Shown: piece by piece, positions 19,632-29,002 of the stretch
Layout of the letters: every line of letters starts with the position of its first letter
Position numbering within the stretch: the stretch's first letter is position 1
Assembly (NCBI GenBank): GCA_001593865.1
Contig: LUCB01000012.1
Location: forward strand, 2,485 to 66,484
Length of the DNA: 64,000 nucleotides
DNA from: Candidatus Bathyarchaeota archaeon B24
Lineage (GTDB): Archaea; Thermoproteota; CALKCG01; B24
Reading direction: 5' to 3'
Made by a program: the position numbers and the translations under genes
Notes under the pieces: generated by a model
The model's database searches: none
Told to the model about the DNA's origin: nothing
What the model saw: only the letters and a program-made list of their open reading frames with translations

Positions 19632-19985
19632 GTGATATGCACGTCTATCCGGAAGATTAGAGAGACGGATATAACGATAGCTGAAGCGTATGAGTTGCTT
19701 AAAGGTTTAGAGGAGCCTAACCCTCTTCAATCTAGGGTTCTAGATTATGCGCGTAAAGTGGCTAAGGTAGACCCGTCTAAAGCGGCTGAGCTCGTGGATA
19801 AGCTTATCGAGAAGTTCGGTCTGGAACGTGATAGGGCTGTTCAGATAGTTAACACTATGCCTGAAAGCATCGAGGAGCTAAGGGTTTTCTTCGTGGGGTT
19901 GAGGGGTAGGCTTATAACGACTAGCCAGCTTAACGAAATACTGAAGTTGCTCGACGAGTATAGGGTTAAAGACGTAGAGTCCTGA
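19632..19985 (+). CDS. rpoF: RNA polymerase subunit F (Rpo4); start may be ACG at 19641
   Basis: ITIAEAYELL...LDYARK...AVQIVNTMPESIEELR; conserved rpl21e-rpoF-DUF655-rsmA order. Confidence 0.88.
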   Translation: MICTSIRKIRETDITIAEAYELLKGLEEPNPLQSRVLDYARKVAKVDPSKAAELVDKLIEKFGLERDRAVQIVNTMPESIEELRVFFVGLRGRLITTSQLNEILKLLDEYRVKDVES

Positions 19986-20022
19986 ATCGTTTAAACAGTC
20001 TGAGTTCTAGGGGTGTAAGCTG

Positions 20023-20589
20023 TTGAGAGGCTATCATAGGTTTTACGAGGAGTACGGCTATGTTCTAGACATTCTCCCTAGGCCGACTAGGAGGGTTCCT
20101 AGACCGGCTCAGCTAGCCGGTAGGGCTGTGGAGCTCATAGGCGATAAGTATTTCACGCTCCTGGAGGCGGTTCTCAAGCGTGACGTATCCGTATCGATAG
20201 GTGAGAGGATTTTCCTAGGCAGAAGCCCTGAGAGTAAAGTAGCCTTCGTAGTCGGACGTCTGAGCTACTACGAGCTAACCGGCCCTGCTCAGGCCGAGCT
20301 TCCGGATGTAATCGAGAGGATAATCACGGCCAACGAGGAGAGGTTCGTCGAATTTTTCAACAAGTCTCAGCCCGTAAGCCCTAGGATGCACGCCCTAGAG
20401 CTTATACCCGGTATAGGTAAAAAGTATATGTTCACGATCCTCAGGGAACGTAGCGTACGGCCGTTCGAATCGTTCAAGGACATAAAATCCAGAACAGGGA
20501 TCCCGGACCCTGTGAAGCTCATAGCCAAGCGGGTCCTGGAGGAGCTTATGGAGGAAAGGCCGAAATACAGGCTCTTCGTTAAGGGTTGA
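20023..20589 (+). CDS. DUF655 family putative RNA-binding protein
   Basis: EEYGYVLD, FTLLE, RMHALELIPGIGKK helix-hairpin-helix. Confidence 0.88.
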   Translation: MRGYHRFYEEYGYVLDILPRPTRRVPRPAQLAGRAVELIGDKYFTLLEAVLKRDVSVSIGERIFLGRSPESKVAFVVGRLSYYELTGPAQAELPDVIERIITANEERFVEFFNKSQPVSPRMHALELIPGIGKKYMFTILRERSVRPFESFKDIKSRTGIPDPVKLIAKRVLEELMEERPKYRLFVKG

Positions 20590-20664
20590 CGACTTCTATG
20601 ACGGCCGTGCGGCGGCGTCGGGTTAAAATGCTCGGACGGTGTTAGGTTTTCTGGAACCGTAGAT

Positions 20665-21462
20665 ATGTCGCTTAGGGATGTCGTGAGGAATCTTATAAGA
20701 GCCGGGGTTTTGACGCCTAAGAAGCTTCTAGGCCAGCACTTCATGGTCGACGAGCGTATCCTATCCAGGATGGTCGACTATGCCTATGTCTCAGGCGATG
20801 ACGTGGTGTTGGAGGTAGGTGCCGGTCTAGGTTTTCTAACCAGGCTGTTGGCGGAGAGGGCTAAGCTTGTGTATGCGGTCGAACTGGACCGTGGGCTTGC
20901 CGAGTATCTGAGGTCTAGGTTTCCAGAGGGCTCAAATGTGAGGGTTTTAGAGGGGGATTTCCTGAGGCTTAGGGTTGAAGGCTTCGACAAAGTCGTCTCA
21001 AACCCTCCATATGCTATATCGACCCCCATGATGCTCAAGCTCATCGAGCTCTCCCCCAGGGTCGTGGTTTTAACGCTCCAGGACGAGTTTTCACGTAAAC
21101 TATACGCCAAGCCGGGTAGCCCGAGCTACGGCCGTCTAACAGTCTTGACGGCTCTAAACTACCGAGTCGAGGTTCTAGAGCGTCTTTCTCCAAGCGTCTT
21201 CTACCCAGAGAGCAGGGTGAGAAGCGTTCTCATCCGGCTTATACGCAGGTCTGACGCCTTAGAGCCTCGGAGGCTTAAGGCTCTGAGGCTCGTGGTCGAC
21301 CAAGCCTTCAGCCTTAGGAATAAGACGTTGAGAAACTTCGTCAGGAGGGTTTTACCCGACGCTCCCCTACGATGCGATTTAGGAGTTAGGGTTTACCGGG
21401 CTCCTCCTGAGGTGTTTCTAGAGATCGCGGATGCGATCCTTCGAGGAAGAGGAGATGTTTAA
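20665..21462 (+). CDS. rsmA: 16S rRNA dimethyladenosine transferase (KsgA/Dim1)
   Basis: LGQHF, LEVGAGLG, VSNPPY, YGRL. Confidence 0.93.
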   Translation: MSLRDVVRNLIRAGVLTPKKLLGQHFMVDERILSRMVDYAYVSGDDVVLEVGAGLGFLTRLLAERAKLVYAVELDRGLAEYLRSRFPEGSNVRVLEGDFLRLRVEGFDKVVSNPPYAISTPMMLKLIELSPRVVVLTLQDEFSRKLYAKPGSPSYGRLTVLTALNYRVEVLERLSPSVFYPESRVRSVLIRLIRRSDALEPRRLKALRLVVDQAFSLRNKTLRNFVRRVLPDAPLRCDLGVRVYRAPPEVFLEIADAILRGRGDV

Positions 21463-21505
21463 CGTTTAAATATGGCTCGGATGTTAGGTGTGGTGGTGAA
21501 GGGCT

Positions 21506-22012
21506 TTGAGGGCTAGGAACTACAGGAGAATCTCGGGCATGGCTTATACTAGGAAGGAGTATATCGGCGGTTCTCCGCATCCTAGGATAGTGCTGTTCGA
21601 GATGGGGAACCCTAAGGGCGAGTTCGAATATGAGGCTAGGCTTATAGCCCTCGAAGACGCTCAGATAAGGCATAACGCCTTAGAGGCCGCTAGGATGGCG
21701 GTTAACAAGCTCCTCGAGAGGAGGTTGGGTAGGCAGAGCTATTTCTTCAAGATAAACGTGTACCCGCATCACATTCTCAGGGAGCATAAGATGATGACAG
21801 GTGCCGGTGCGGATAGGCTTTCGAAGGGTATGAAGATGGCCTTCGGTAGACCCGTAGGTCTGGCCGCTAGGGTTAGGAGGGGTCAGAACATCCTGTTCGT
21901 CCGGGTGAACAAGGAGAACCTGGAGCTTGCTAAGGAGGCTTTAAGGAGAGGCGCTAGTAAGATACCTACGCCGACTAGGATAATGATATTTCCGGTCGCT
22001 AAGGAGGCTTAG
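21506..22012 (+). CDS. rpl10e: 50S ribosomal protein L10e (uL16)
   Basis: QIRHNALEAAR, YPHHILREHKM..GAGADR..GM..AFG. Confidence 0.96.
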   Translation: MRARNYRRISGMAYTRKEYIGGSPHPRIVLFEMGNPKGEFEYEARLIALEDAQIRHNALEAARMAVNKLLERRLGRQSYFFKINVYPHHILREHKMMTGAGADRLSKGMKMAFGRPVGLAARVRRGQNILFVRVNKENLELAKEALRRGASKIPTPTRIMIFPVAKEA

Positions 22013-22038
22013 CGTCCCATCTTTAAGGCTTTGGAGGT

Positions 22039-23040
22039 GTGTTCAGGATCTTCAGGCTTGATGAGGATAAGGTTCTAAACGAGGTTTTATCCAAGGGTTT
22101 TAAACGCGTCCTCGTTCAAGCCCCGGAGGGCTTAAGGCCTCATCTTAAACCCATGGTCGATAGGCTTAGAAAGCTGGGTGTAACCGTTTTCCTCTCAGGT
22201 AACCCGTGCTATGGTGCATGCAACTTAGCCATCAGAGAAGCCGAGATGCTGAACGTAGACCTGATAGTCCACGTAGGTCACAGCCCCATGGTTCCCTCGA
22301 GCCGTATACCCGTAGTGTACTTGGACGCTCAGTATACGGTTCGAACGGATAGATGCCTCGAAAAGTTCAAGGAAACCCTCCTAAGGTTCCATAGCCTAGG
22401 CCTGTTCTCCAGCATCCAGTTCATCGGGTACCTAGAGGAGGCTCGTAAGACTCTTGAAGAGTGGGGTTTGAATGTGTTCATAGGACGTGGCAGCGGCGTG
22501 AAGTATGCCGGCCAGGTCTTAGGATGCAACTACACCTCACCCCTAGAGGTCGAAAACCGGGTGGAGGGTTTCCTCTTCATAGGCGGAGGCCTATTCCATC
22601 CCCTCGGTCTATCCCTACTCACCGATAAGCCTGTGATGGCTTTAAACCCGCTAACATGCTCCTTGAGAGATATGGATGCCTTAAAGCGTAGGTATCTAAG
22701 GCGTAGATACGCGTCTATAGTCGAGGCTAGGAACGGTAGGGTGTTCGGCGTATTGGTCGGCTTGGAGCCTGGACAGTTCCGGCTCAGGCAGGCCGAGGGG
22801 TTGAAAAACCTCATAGAGGGCTTGGGTAAAGAGGCCTATCTTCTGGGTTTCAACTACTTAGACGCGTCTATGCTCGAGGCCTATACTTGGATAGATGTGT
22901 TCGTGAACACGGCGTGCCCCAGGCTTTCGCTGGAAGATTCTGAAAGACTGAGTAAGCCCGTACTAAGCCCGGCCGAGTTGCTTGTGGCTTTAGGGCTGAT
23001 GAGCTGGGAGGAATATATCGGTGAGCCGTCTCAAACGTAG
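22039..23040 (+). CDS. dph2: Diphthamide biosynthesis enzyme Dph2
   Basis: PCYGAC, GQVLGC, TACPR Fe-S cysteines. Confidence 0.93.
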   Translation: MFRIFRLDEDKVLNEVLSKGFKRVLVQAPEGLRPHLKPMVDRLRKLGVTVFLSGNPCYGACNLAIREAEMLNVDLIVHVGHSPMVPSSRIPVVYLDAQYTVRTDRCLEKFKETLLRFHSLGLFSSIQFIGYLEEARKTLEEWGLNVFIGRGSGVKYAGQVLGCNYTSPLEVENRVEGFLFIGGGLFHPLGLSLLTDKPVMALNPLTCSLRDMDALKRRYLRRRYASIVEARNGRVFGVLVGLEPGQFRLRQAEGLKNLIEGLGKEAYLLGFNYLDASMLEAYTWIDVFVNTACPRLSLEDSERLSKPVLSPAELLVALGLMSWEEYIGEPSQT

Positions 23041-23638
23041 ACACCTCGAAATCGCGTTGAGTAGGCTTCGCGGTCACCCATCGCCTAGCATACTTCTCGA
23101 GCAGTATACCATACCGGCCGACCTGGCTGTGAAGATCCTAACCCTAGCCGCCTACAAGTACGACGACATAGCGGGTAAAGTAGTCTTCGACCTGGGATGC
23201 GGAACCGGTAGGCTGGCTATAGGGGCGGCTCTCCTCGGAGCTGACTACGTGGTTGGCTTAGACATCGACCGAGTTGCCCTAGATGTAGCTAAGCTTAACG
23301 CGTATGAAGCCGGTGTCTCGGATAGGGTCGACTGGGTTCTATGCGATATCGCTGTGTTCCAGAGCTCATGCCACACAGTCCTACAGAACCCTCCGTTTGG
23401 AACGAGGTTGAGAGGCGCAGATAGAGTTTTCCTGGAAAGGGCTATGGAGATGGGTAGGGTCGTCTACACGATTCACAAGAGCGAGACTGATGGGTTTATT
23501 AGGAGGTTTGTAGAGGATCATGGTGGTTCAATATCTGCCGTGTTTAAGGCTATGATGACGATACCTAGGGTTTTCCCGTTCCATGAAAAGAGGGTTTACA
23601 GGTTTGAGGTTTACGTCTATAGGATCGAGGTGGTTTGA
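23021..23638 (+). CDS. METTL5-family RNA methyltransferase
   Basis: LEQYTIP, DLGCGTG, NPPFG. Confidence 0.88.
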   Translation: MSRLKRRHLEIALSRLRGHPSPSILLEQYTIPADLAVKILTLAAYKYDDIAGKVVFDLGCGTGRLAIGAALLGADYVVGLDIDRVALDVAKLNAYEAGVSDRVDWVLCDIAVFQSSCHTVLQNPPFGTRLRGADRVFLERAMEMGRVVYTIHKSETDGFIRRFVEDHGGSISAVFKAMMTIPRVFPFHEKRVYRFEVYVYRIEVV

Positions 23639-24219
23639 GCTTGTCTAGGTCTAAAGACGGGGAGTTTGTAACCCCGGGCGATAAGATAGGGGTCATAGAG
23701 GAGTATGAGCCTGGGTTTGGAACCTACGAGTCCGACGGGGTGGTGAGGTCTTCCCTAGCCGGTATGGTGGAGAGGGACGTGAAGAACCACCTAGCCGTGG
23801 TGAAACCCGTTAAGGAGCCTCTCCTCCCGAGGCCTAAAGACATCGTCTACGCGGTCGTGTCGTCGCTGTCGGATAAGCTGGCGTCCGTGATGATAGTATC
23901 CGTCGGGAATAGGCTTCTAAGCGACTGCTTAACCGGTCTGATACACATCAGGGCCTCATCCACGAGTAGGGTTCGATCCCTCAGAGAGCTTTTCAAGCCA
24001 GGCGACATAGTCAGATGCGAGGTCTTAACGTTTAAGAACGGCGTATACCATTTAAGGACGCAGGGTCCAGGTTTCGGCGTCGTCTACGCGGTATGCTCCC
24101 TATGCGGAACCCCCCTCGTCAGGAGTAGAAGAGAGCTTAGATGCCCGGTATGCGGTAATACGGAGAGGCGTAAGACCACGAGGGATTACGGCTCGGTCAG
24201 GTTGAGGTGGTTGATTTGA
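23635..24219 (+). CDS. csl4: Exosome complex component Csl4
   Basis: VTPGD.IG..EE, S1 domain, C-terminal CxxC..CPVCG..ERRK. Confidence 0.9.
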   Translation: MSLSRSKDGEFVTPGDKIGVIEEYEPGFGTYESDGVVRSSLAGMVERDVKNHLAVVKPVKEPLLPRPKDIVYAVVSSLSDKLASVMIVSVGNRLLSDCLTGLIHIRASSTSRVRSLRELFKPGDIVRCEVLTFKNGVYHLRTQGPGFGVVYAVCSLCGTPLVRSRRELRCPVCGNTERRKTTRDYGSVRLRWLI

Positions 24220-24512
24220 AGCTCCGTGTCTTAAGGTTTACCGATAGGGAGGTTAAGCTCGAGGTCGAGGGTGAGGGGTACACGTTTCTAGGCGCCTTAC
24301 AGGATATCTTCGTGAACGACCCGAGGGTCGAGTTCGTAGGCTATAATGTCCCGCATCCCTTGATATCTAAGGCGACGTTTACCCTCAGGGTTACACCTGA
24401 AAACGACCTGAGAGACGTTCTGAAAACGGGTGTTGAAGCCTTGAAAGACCGTTTAGGGGAGCTTGAGAACGTTTTTCTCGAAGCCCTTAAACGGTGGGAA
24501 ACAAGATCCTAG
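24216..24512 (+). CDS. rpoL: RNA polymerase subunit L (Rpo11)
   Basis: EGEGYT, GYNVPHPL; follows csl4. Confidence 0.9.
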   Translation: MKLRVLRFTDREVKLEVEGEGYTFLGALQDIFVNDPRVEFVGYNVPHPLISKATFTLRVTPENDLRDVLKTGVEALKDRLGELENVFLEALKRWETRS

Positions 24513-24524
24513 GAACGGTCGTCG

Positions 24525-24896
24525 TTGAGGGTCGAAGAGCTTCTCAGAGACAGAGGTTTAGCCGGGTTCGGAGACTCTTTGGTAAACTTCCTCTATAGCC
24601 TCGCCGCTACGAGAAAATACGGTAGACCTATGGGTTTGAAAGTAGGGAACAGAGCCTTAGCCGAGGCCGTTAGAAGGTCTAAGTTCCGCGAGCTTCTACC
24701 TAGAAGGGTTGACAGGAAAACTATGGGAGACTACGCGGAAGCCTTGATAGCCTATGCATGGCTTAGGAGACTCGTGACGACCGACTCCTGTGTAGAGATC
24801 CTCGCAGAGAACGTGGACAGCCCGGTCGATGCGTTCACGGACCTCCTGAAGACGGTTATGGAGGCGTTGAAGGGCCATGAGGGTGAGGACTGTTAA
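24525..24896 (+). CDS. Archaeal mini-RNase III-like family protein
   Basis: LAGFGDSLVNF...GDYAEALIAYAW. Confidence 0.7.
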   Translation: MRVEELLRDRGLAGFGDSLVNFLYSLAATRKYGRPMGLKVGNRALAEAVRRSKFRELLPRRVDRKTMGDYAEALIAYAWLRRLVTTDSCVEILAENVDSPVDAFTDLLKTVMEALKGHEGEDC

Positions 24897-25308
24897 AAGA
24901 GAGATCCGGGTCCTCGGTCTGACGAAAGTTCATATCGGAAGGAGACGGGACGTTCTAGGCGTCGTCTACAGGGGAGGGCTTTTCATGGATGGCGTCCTCT
25001 ACTTCAGAGGAGACGACGTCGAAGCCTACGGTCTCCCCGGTTTGATAAGGAGGAGTAGGCATTACCCCCAGCTCAGGGTGGTCGTCTGCAGAGCTGAGGA
25101 CGGGTTCGACTGCAGGAGACTTTGGAACGAGACAGGCATACCTGTCATACTTCTAAACCCGGACGGAAGCTTTGAAGCCTACGGCATAGAGGAGCAGGTG
25201 GCGTCTAGGGTTTTAAAGGTAGCTTCTAAGACGTTTCCGGAGCCTGAAGCCCTGAAAGTGGCCTTAAAACTCAGGAATGCTCTAGAAGAAATGTTTAAGT
25301 CTAGGTGA
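24877..25308 (+). CDS. DUF99 family (endonuclease V-like) protein, divergent
   Basis: KREIRVLG, GVVYRGG..DG, PQLRVV, PEALKVA; lacks the usual GIDD acidic motif. Confidence 0.6.
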   Translation: MRVRTVKREIRVLGLTKVHIGRRRDVLGVVYRGGLFMDGVLYFRGDDVEAYGLPGLIRRSRHYPQLRVVVCRAEDGFDCRRLWNETGIPVILLNPDGSFEAYGIEEQVASRVLKVASKTFPEPEALKVALKLRNALEEMFKSR

Positions 25309-25320
25309 TATCCATCTTAG

Positions 25321-25671
25321 ATGAGGGGTCTCTTGGACTTCTGTCCTAAATGCGGAACTAGGATGAGGGTTAAGCGGGTTGAGGGCGGTGTAAAGCTCAT
25401 CTGCCCTAAGTGTGGTCACGAGGAGTTTAGGAAGACCAAGGTTCTACAAGCCAAATACGAGGTCTCTCCTGAAACCCGTAGGGAAGCATTAACGGTTCTG
25501 ACGGGTGAGGAGAGCGAGATATCCACGTTACCCACCACACAGGTAGAGTGTCCAAAATGCGGATACGGGGAGGCGTATTGGTGGATAATCCAGACCAGAA
25601 GCGCAGACGAAGCCCCCACCCAGTTCTTCAAGTGTAAGAGATGCGGATATGTATGGAGAGAATACTCTTAA
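25321..25671 (+). CDS. tfs: Transcription factor S
   Basis: Two zinc ribbons; QTRSADE acidic hairpin. Confidence 0.95.
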   Translation: MRGLLDFCPKCGTRMRVKRVEGGVKLICPKCGHEEFRKTKVLQAKYEVSPETRREALTVLTGEESEISTLPTTQVECPKCGYGEAYWWIIQTRSADEAPTQFFKCKRCGYVWREYS

Positions 25672-25764
25672 CCCTCATCCTGACGGCTATCTTTTCTGGA
25701 AGTTAAGCCTCACGGCATAAAGCTGGAAACCGTTAATAGAGGGTTCGGCTCCAAATAGTAGAGG

Positions 25765-25838
25765 GGGCCCGTGGCGTAGCTGGATAGCGCGTCGGCCTGC
25801 GGAGCCGGAGGTCCCGGGTTCGAATCCCGGCGGGCCCA
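25765..25838 (+). tRNA. tRNA-Arg(GCG), intronless
   Basis: GGGCCCG...TCGGC-CTGCGGA-GCCGG...GGTTCGAATCCCGGCGGGCCCA cloverleaf. Confidence 0.96.
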
Positions 25839-25980
25839 TCTTTCTCTGAAATAAGCCTATTTCCAGGGGTTTTTACATGGCTCTATTTTACGCTTATGCA
25901 CCCCGTAGAAGAGAGACCCAAGTGAAAGTATTTAAACAGTCGCGGCCGTCAAGGGGAGGTTTATCGGTTTCTTTAAGCGC

Positions 25981-27087
25981 CTAGCGAAGCCACATATTGT
26001 TTTCCATCGCTTCGACCAGCGCCTTTATGTTTTCGAAGGGTGTCGGCGGGTATATGCCTGCTATAAGCATGAGGCCTCCCTTTCTCAGGCTCAAGGTCTT
26101 AACCACGCGCTCTATGTGACCTCTCACCTCGTTAGGAGTTCCGAAAGGCATTATACGCTGCCTATCGATGTCCAAGTCTATGCAAACTCTACCTTTGCAA
26201 ACATCGGCTATAGATTCGACGCCGTTAACCAGATCCTGGATGTTCAGAATATCCACGCCGGCTTCCATAAGCTGCTCCACAACCTCCATCACATGACCGT
26301 CGCTGTGAAGGTATACGTGGACTCCAGCCGCCCTAACTCTTTGGAATATCCTCCGGTAGCCCGGGTATATGAACTCCCTAAACGCTAGGGGGCTTATAGG
26401 CATTCTATCCTGTAAACCTAGGTCGTCGCCGAACGATAGGATATCTAAGCCTTTAAACCGTAGAAACCTCTCGACCAGGGCTAAGTTGTACTCGGTTAGC
26501 ATATCCACTAGCTCATATATCTGAGCAGGTTTGCGTATAAAGTCCCTCATAAGATTGGTGAACCCCCTGAGGTAGTATAGTCTCTGGAAGAAGAACCCAT
26601 GGGGCATACTGCCTATCACAGGTTCGCCGGCGTCCTTAGCTCTCTCTAACTCCTCGTAGACTCGGCTCCAAGGAGTGAGGCCGCCACCTTCGACAGGAAC
26701 GCCTTTCTCAGGGTCCGGTAGCTTGAACTCCTTTAACCTGCTCCAATCCTCCAACGGATGTTTAACGACCTGCCCCTGCAATCCTTCTATCGGAAAAGCC
26801 CAGACGCATCCGAAGGGATCTATGAGGGTTTTACCCGACCTTAGAACCCTAGGCTCGCCCTTGTACGTGATAGAGCCGGGTTTGAAGCCTCTGAAAATTA
26901 GCGGGTGATTTGAAGCAAGTTCCTCAAGCTCATCTCTATAAATATTCCATACCGGCCATGACACGTAGATTCTACACGGTATAAACTCCGGATTCCTAAA
27001 CTCAACAGCTCTAAGAAAGTTTTCCCTGTAGGAGAGGCTGGGGAGCTTATAGTTCTTCAACATTTCATCCTCTACCTGCCCCTTCAA
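25981..27087 (-). CDS. Uroporphyrinogen decarboxylase / MtaA-CmuA methyltransferase family protein
   Basis: DPFGCVW, FGDDLG, HSDG, GTPNEV, TPFENI. Confidence 0.82.
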   Translation of the reverse strand: MKGQVEDEMLKNYKLPSLSYRENFLRAVEFRNPEFIPCRIYVSWPVWNIYRDELEELASNHPLIFRGFKPGSITYKGEPRVLRSGKTLIDPFGCVWAFPIEGLQGQVVKHPLEDWSRLKEFKLPDPEKGVPVEGGGLTPWSRVYEELERAKDAGEPVIGSMPHGFFFQRLYYLRGFTNLMRDFIRKPAQIYELVDMLTEYNLALVERFLRFKGLDILSFGDDLGLQDRMPISPLAFREFIYPGYRRIFQRVRAAGVHVYLHSDGHVMEVVEQLMEAGVDILNIQDLVNGVESIADVCKGRVCIDLDIDRQRIMPFGTPNEVRGHIERVVKTLSLRKGGLMLIAGIYPPTPFENIKALVEAMENNMWLR

Positions 27088-27208
27088 TGCATCTATATCT
27101 CTCGTTCTATGGCTTTAGAGCTTTCTCAGTCCCGACGAGTTCAGTAAAGACATAGAGTCGACGTTAATTAAATTAGTGAGTATTATTTTTAGTGTTTATA
27201 GTGTTACT

Positions 27209-28549
27209 ATGATACTCGATAAGAACGCTTTCGGTGTTCGAGGCTTCTTTGCTGAGAGAGCTTTCAAGGCGACGTTTAGGAGGGAGGGGCAAGAGGCTGC
27301 TAGAGACCTGGTAAGAAGCGGTTTCGTCGGTAGGGATATTAGCGTCTACATACATTTCCCCTTCTGTACCGGGCTCTGCCCCGCCTGCCCCTATGTGAGG
27401 TATATTCAGAAGCCCAGTCTAATGGAAAGTTACTGCAACTCCCTTATCGAGGAGGTAGGGATGTATGGGAGGCTTCTCAAGGACCTTGAGCTAAGGATCA
27501 CAGATATCCATGTGGGAGGAGGTACACCAAGCCTTCCAGACCCCGTGTTCTATAAGAGGGTTTTAGAAGCTTTAGGCGAGTGGTTCGACCTTTGTAAAGG
27601 CTTATCGTTCGGGATCGAGGCTAATCCTGAAGACCTAACTGAGGATAAGGTGTTCAAGCTTAGGGAGGCAGGTGTTAACGAGCTTAGCATAGGTGTCCAG
27701 TCCTTCTTCAGAGAAAACCTCCGTACGCTTGGTAGAAGACATAGCGTGGAAGACTCTATAGACGCGATCGAGAACGTCGAGAAGGCGGGTTTTGAGAACG
27801 TTAACCTAGACATGATGTATATGATACCTAGGCAGACAGTCGAAAGCTGGGTTGAGGATTTGGAGCTCGCCGCCGAGTACAAACCGAGCCAGATAACCAC
27901 CTACCCGCTCCTCATAGTCCCGTACAGGCCGATGTATAGCCTCATGCGGCGGGGAAGGGTTCCAGAGCAGCCGAGCATGAGGGAGTTTAAGCAGATGTAC
28001 TACTCAGCGGTCGATAGGCTCGACGATCATGGATACAAGCCTGTTAGATACTACTCTTTCAGCAGGTCGCCGTGGGAGTACAGCACTGTCGAGAGGGAAA
28101 TGGTGGGGCCTCTTCTGGCTTTCGGGGCTGGAGCTATGGGCTTCCCAGGTAGATGCGAATACGTGAATACCTGCTCTGTTAGGGAGTATGTTAAGAGCAT
28201 AGCCAGAGGTATGCTTCCGATAGCAGGTATCAGACCGGTTTCGAAAGAAGAACGTGGGATAAGGTGGATAGCTGAGAGGCTCAGCGCCTTAAAGCTAGAA
28301 TTCGAAGACTTCGAAAGGGAGTTTGGTGAAAAGTTCAGGGAGTTTACGCGAAGAACAGGGTTCAGCCGAGCATTGACCATGCAGAGACTTATGGGCCACC
28401 TCAAATTCTATGAAGACCGGATAGAGCTGACGAGGAAGGGCTTATTCGGTAGAAACTTAAGCGGATGGCACTTCGTCCTCTCAGTCCCCTGCAGGATAGT
28501 CGAGGAGTACCTTAGAACACCATGGCCTAGAGAGGTGACTGTACCATAG
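27209..28549 (+). CDS. HemN/HemW-like radical SAM enzyme
   Basis: YIHFPFCTGLCPACPY, GGGTPS, EANP, SIGVQSF, NLDMM. Confidence 0.85.
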   Translation: MILDKNAFGVRGFFAERAFKATFRREGQEAARDLVRSGFVGRDISVYIHFPFCTGLCPACPYVRYIQKPSLMESYCNSLIEEVGMYGRLLKDLELRITDIHVGGGTPSLPDPVFYKRVLEALGEWFDLCKGLSFGIEANPEDLTEDKVFKLREAGVNELSIGVQSFFRENLRTLGRRHSVEDSIDAIENVEKAGFENVNLDMMYMIPRQTVESWVEDLELAAEYKPSQITTYPLLIVPYRPMYSLMRRGRVPEQPSMREFKQMYYSAVDRLDDHGYKPVRYYSFSRSPWEYSTVEREMVGPLLAFGAGAMGFPGRCEYVNTCSVREYVKSIARGMLPIAGIRPVSKEERGIRWIAERLSALKLEFEDFEREFGEKFREFTRRTGFSRALTMQRLMGHLKFYEDRIELTRKGLFGRNLSGWHFVLSVPCRIVEEYLRTPWPREVTVP

Positions 28550-28579
28550 AAACTCTGGTTTTCCTATCCACGGCCTAGT

Positions 28580-28612
28580 AAGAGGGGTTAAAATAATCGA
28601 AAAACCCCTCTT
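28580..28612. terminator. 10-bp stem hairpin downstream of the radical SAM gene
   Basis: AAGAGGGGTT-N13-AACCCCTCTT. Confidence 0.4.
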
Positions 28613-29002
28613 TAGACAACTCCCGTGCGATAGCGTTTATTGTTAATATAAAGGGCAGTTTCGCTGGAGACAGGTATCTGATACCGGTGGGTCAGTTTGT
28701 TTACATATAGCCGCCAACTCCATCCCCTCTTTCTCGAACATATCTATTCCCTTAGCTGACAAAAACTACTCGTTAACGTATAAAAATGTTCATCCATTTA
28801 TAAAGAAAAAATTTCCGGGAAAGAGGTGTTTCCAGAAGAGTCTAAGAGCCTAGGCTCGGCTCCATAAAAGGAAAGCTACGGCTCACCCATCAGGCTGCAC
28901 CTGGCTATGAGAAGCGGGTTTGGATTTCTACAAAAGATTCTCCAAGACCCCTCGGATCATGGGGGCCTCTCTCCAGCAAGGTTTTATTAGCCCTATACCT
29001 CT

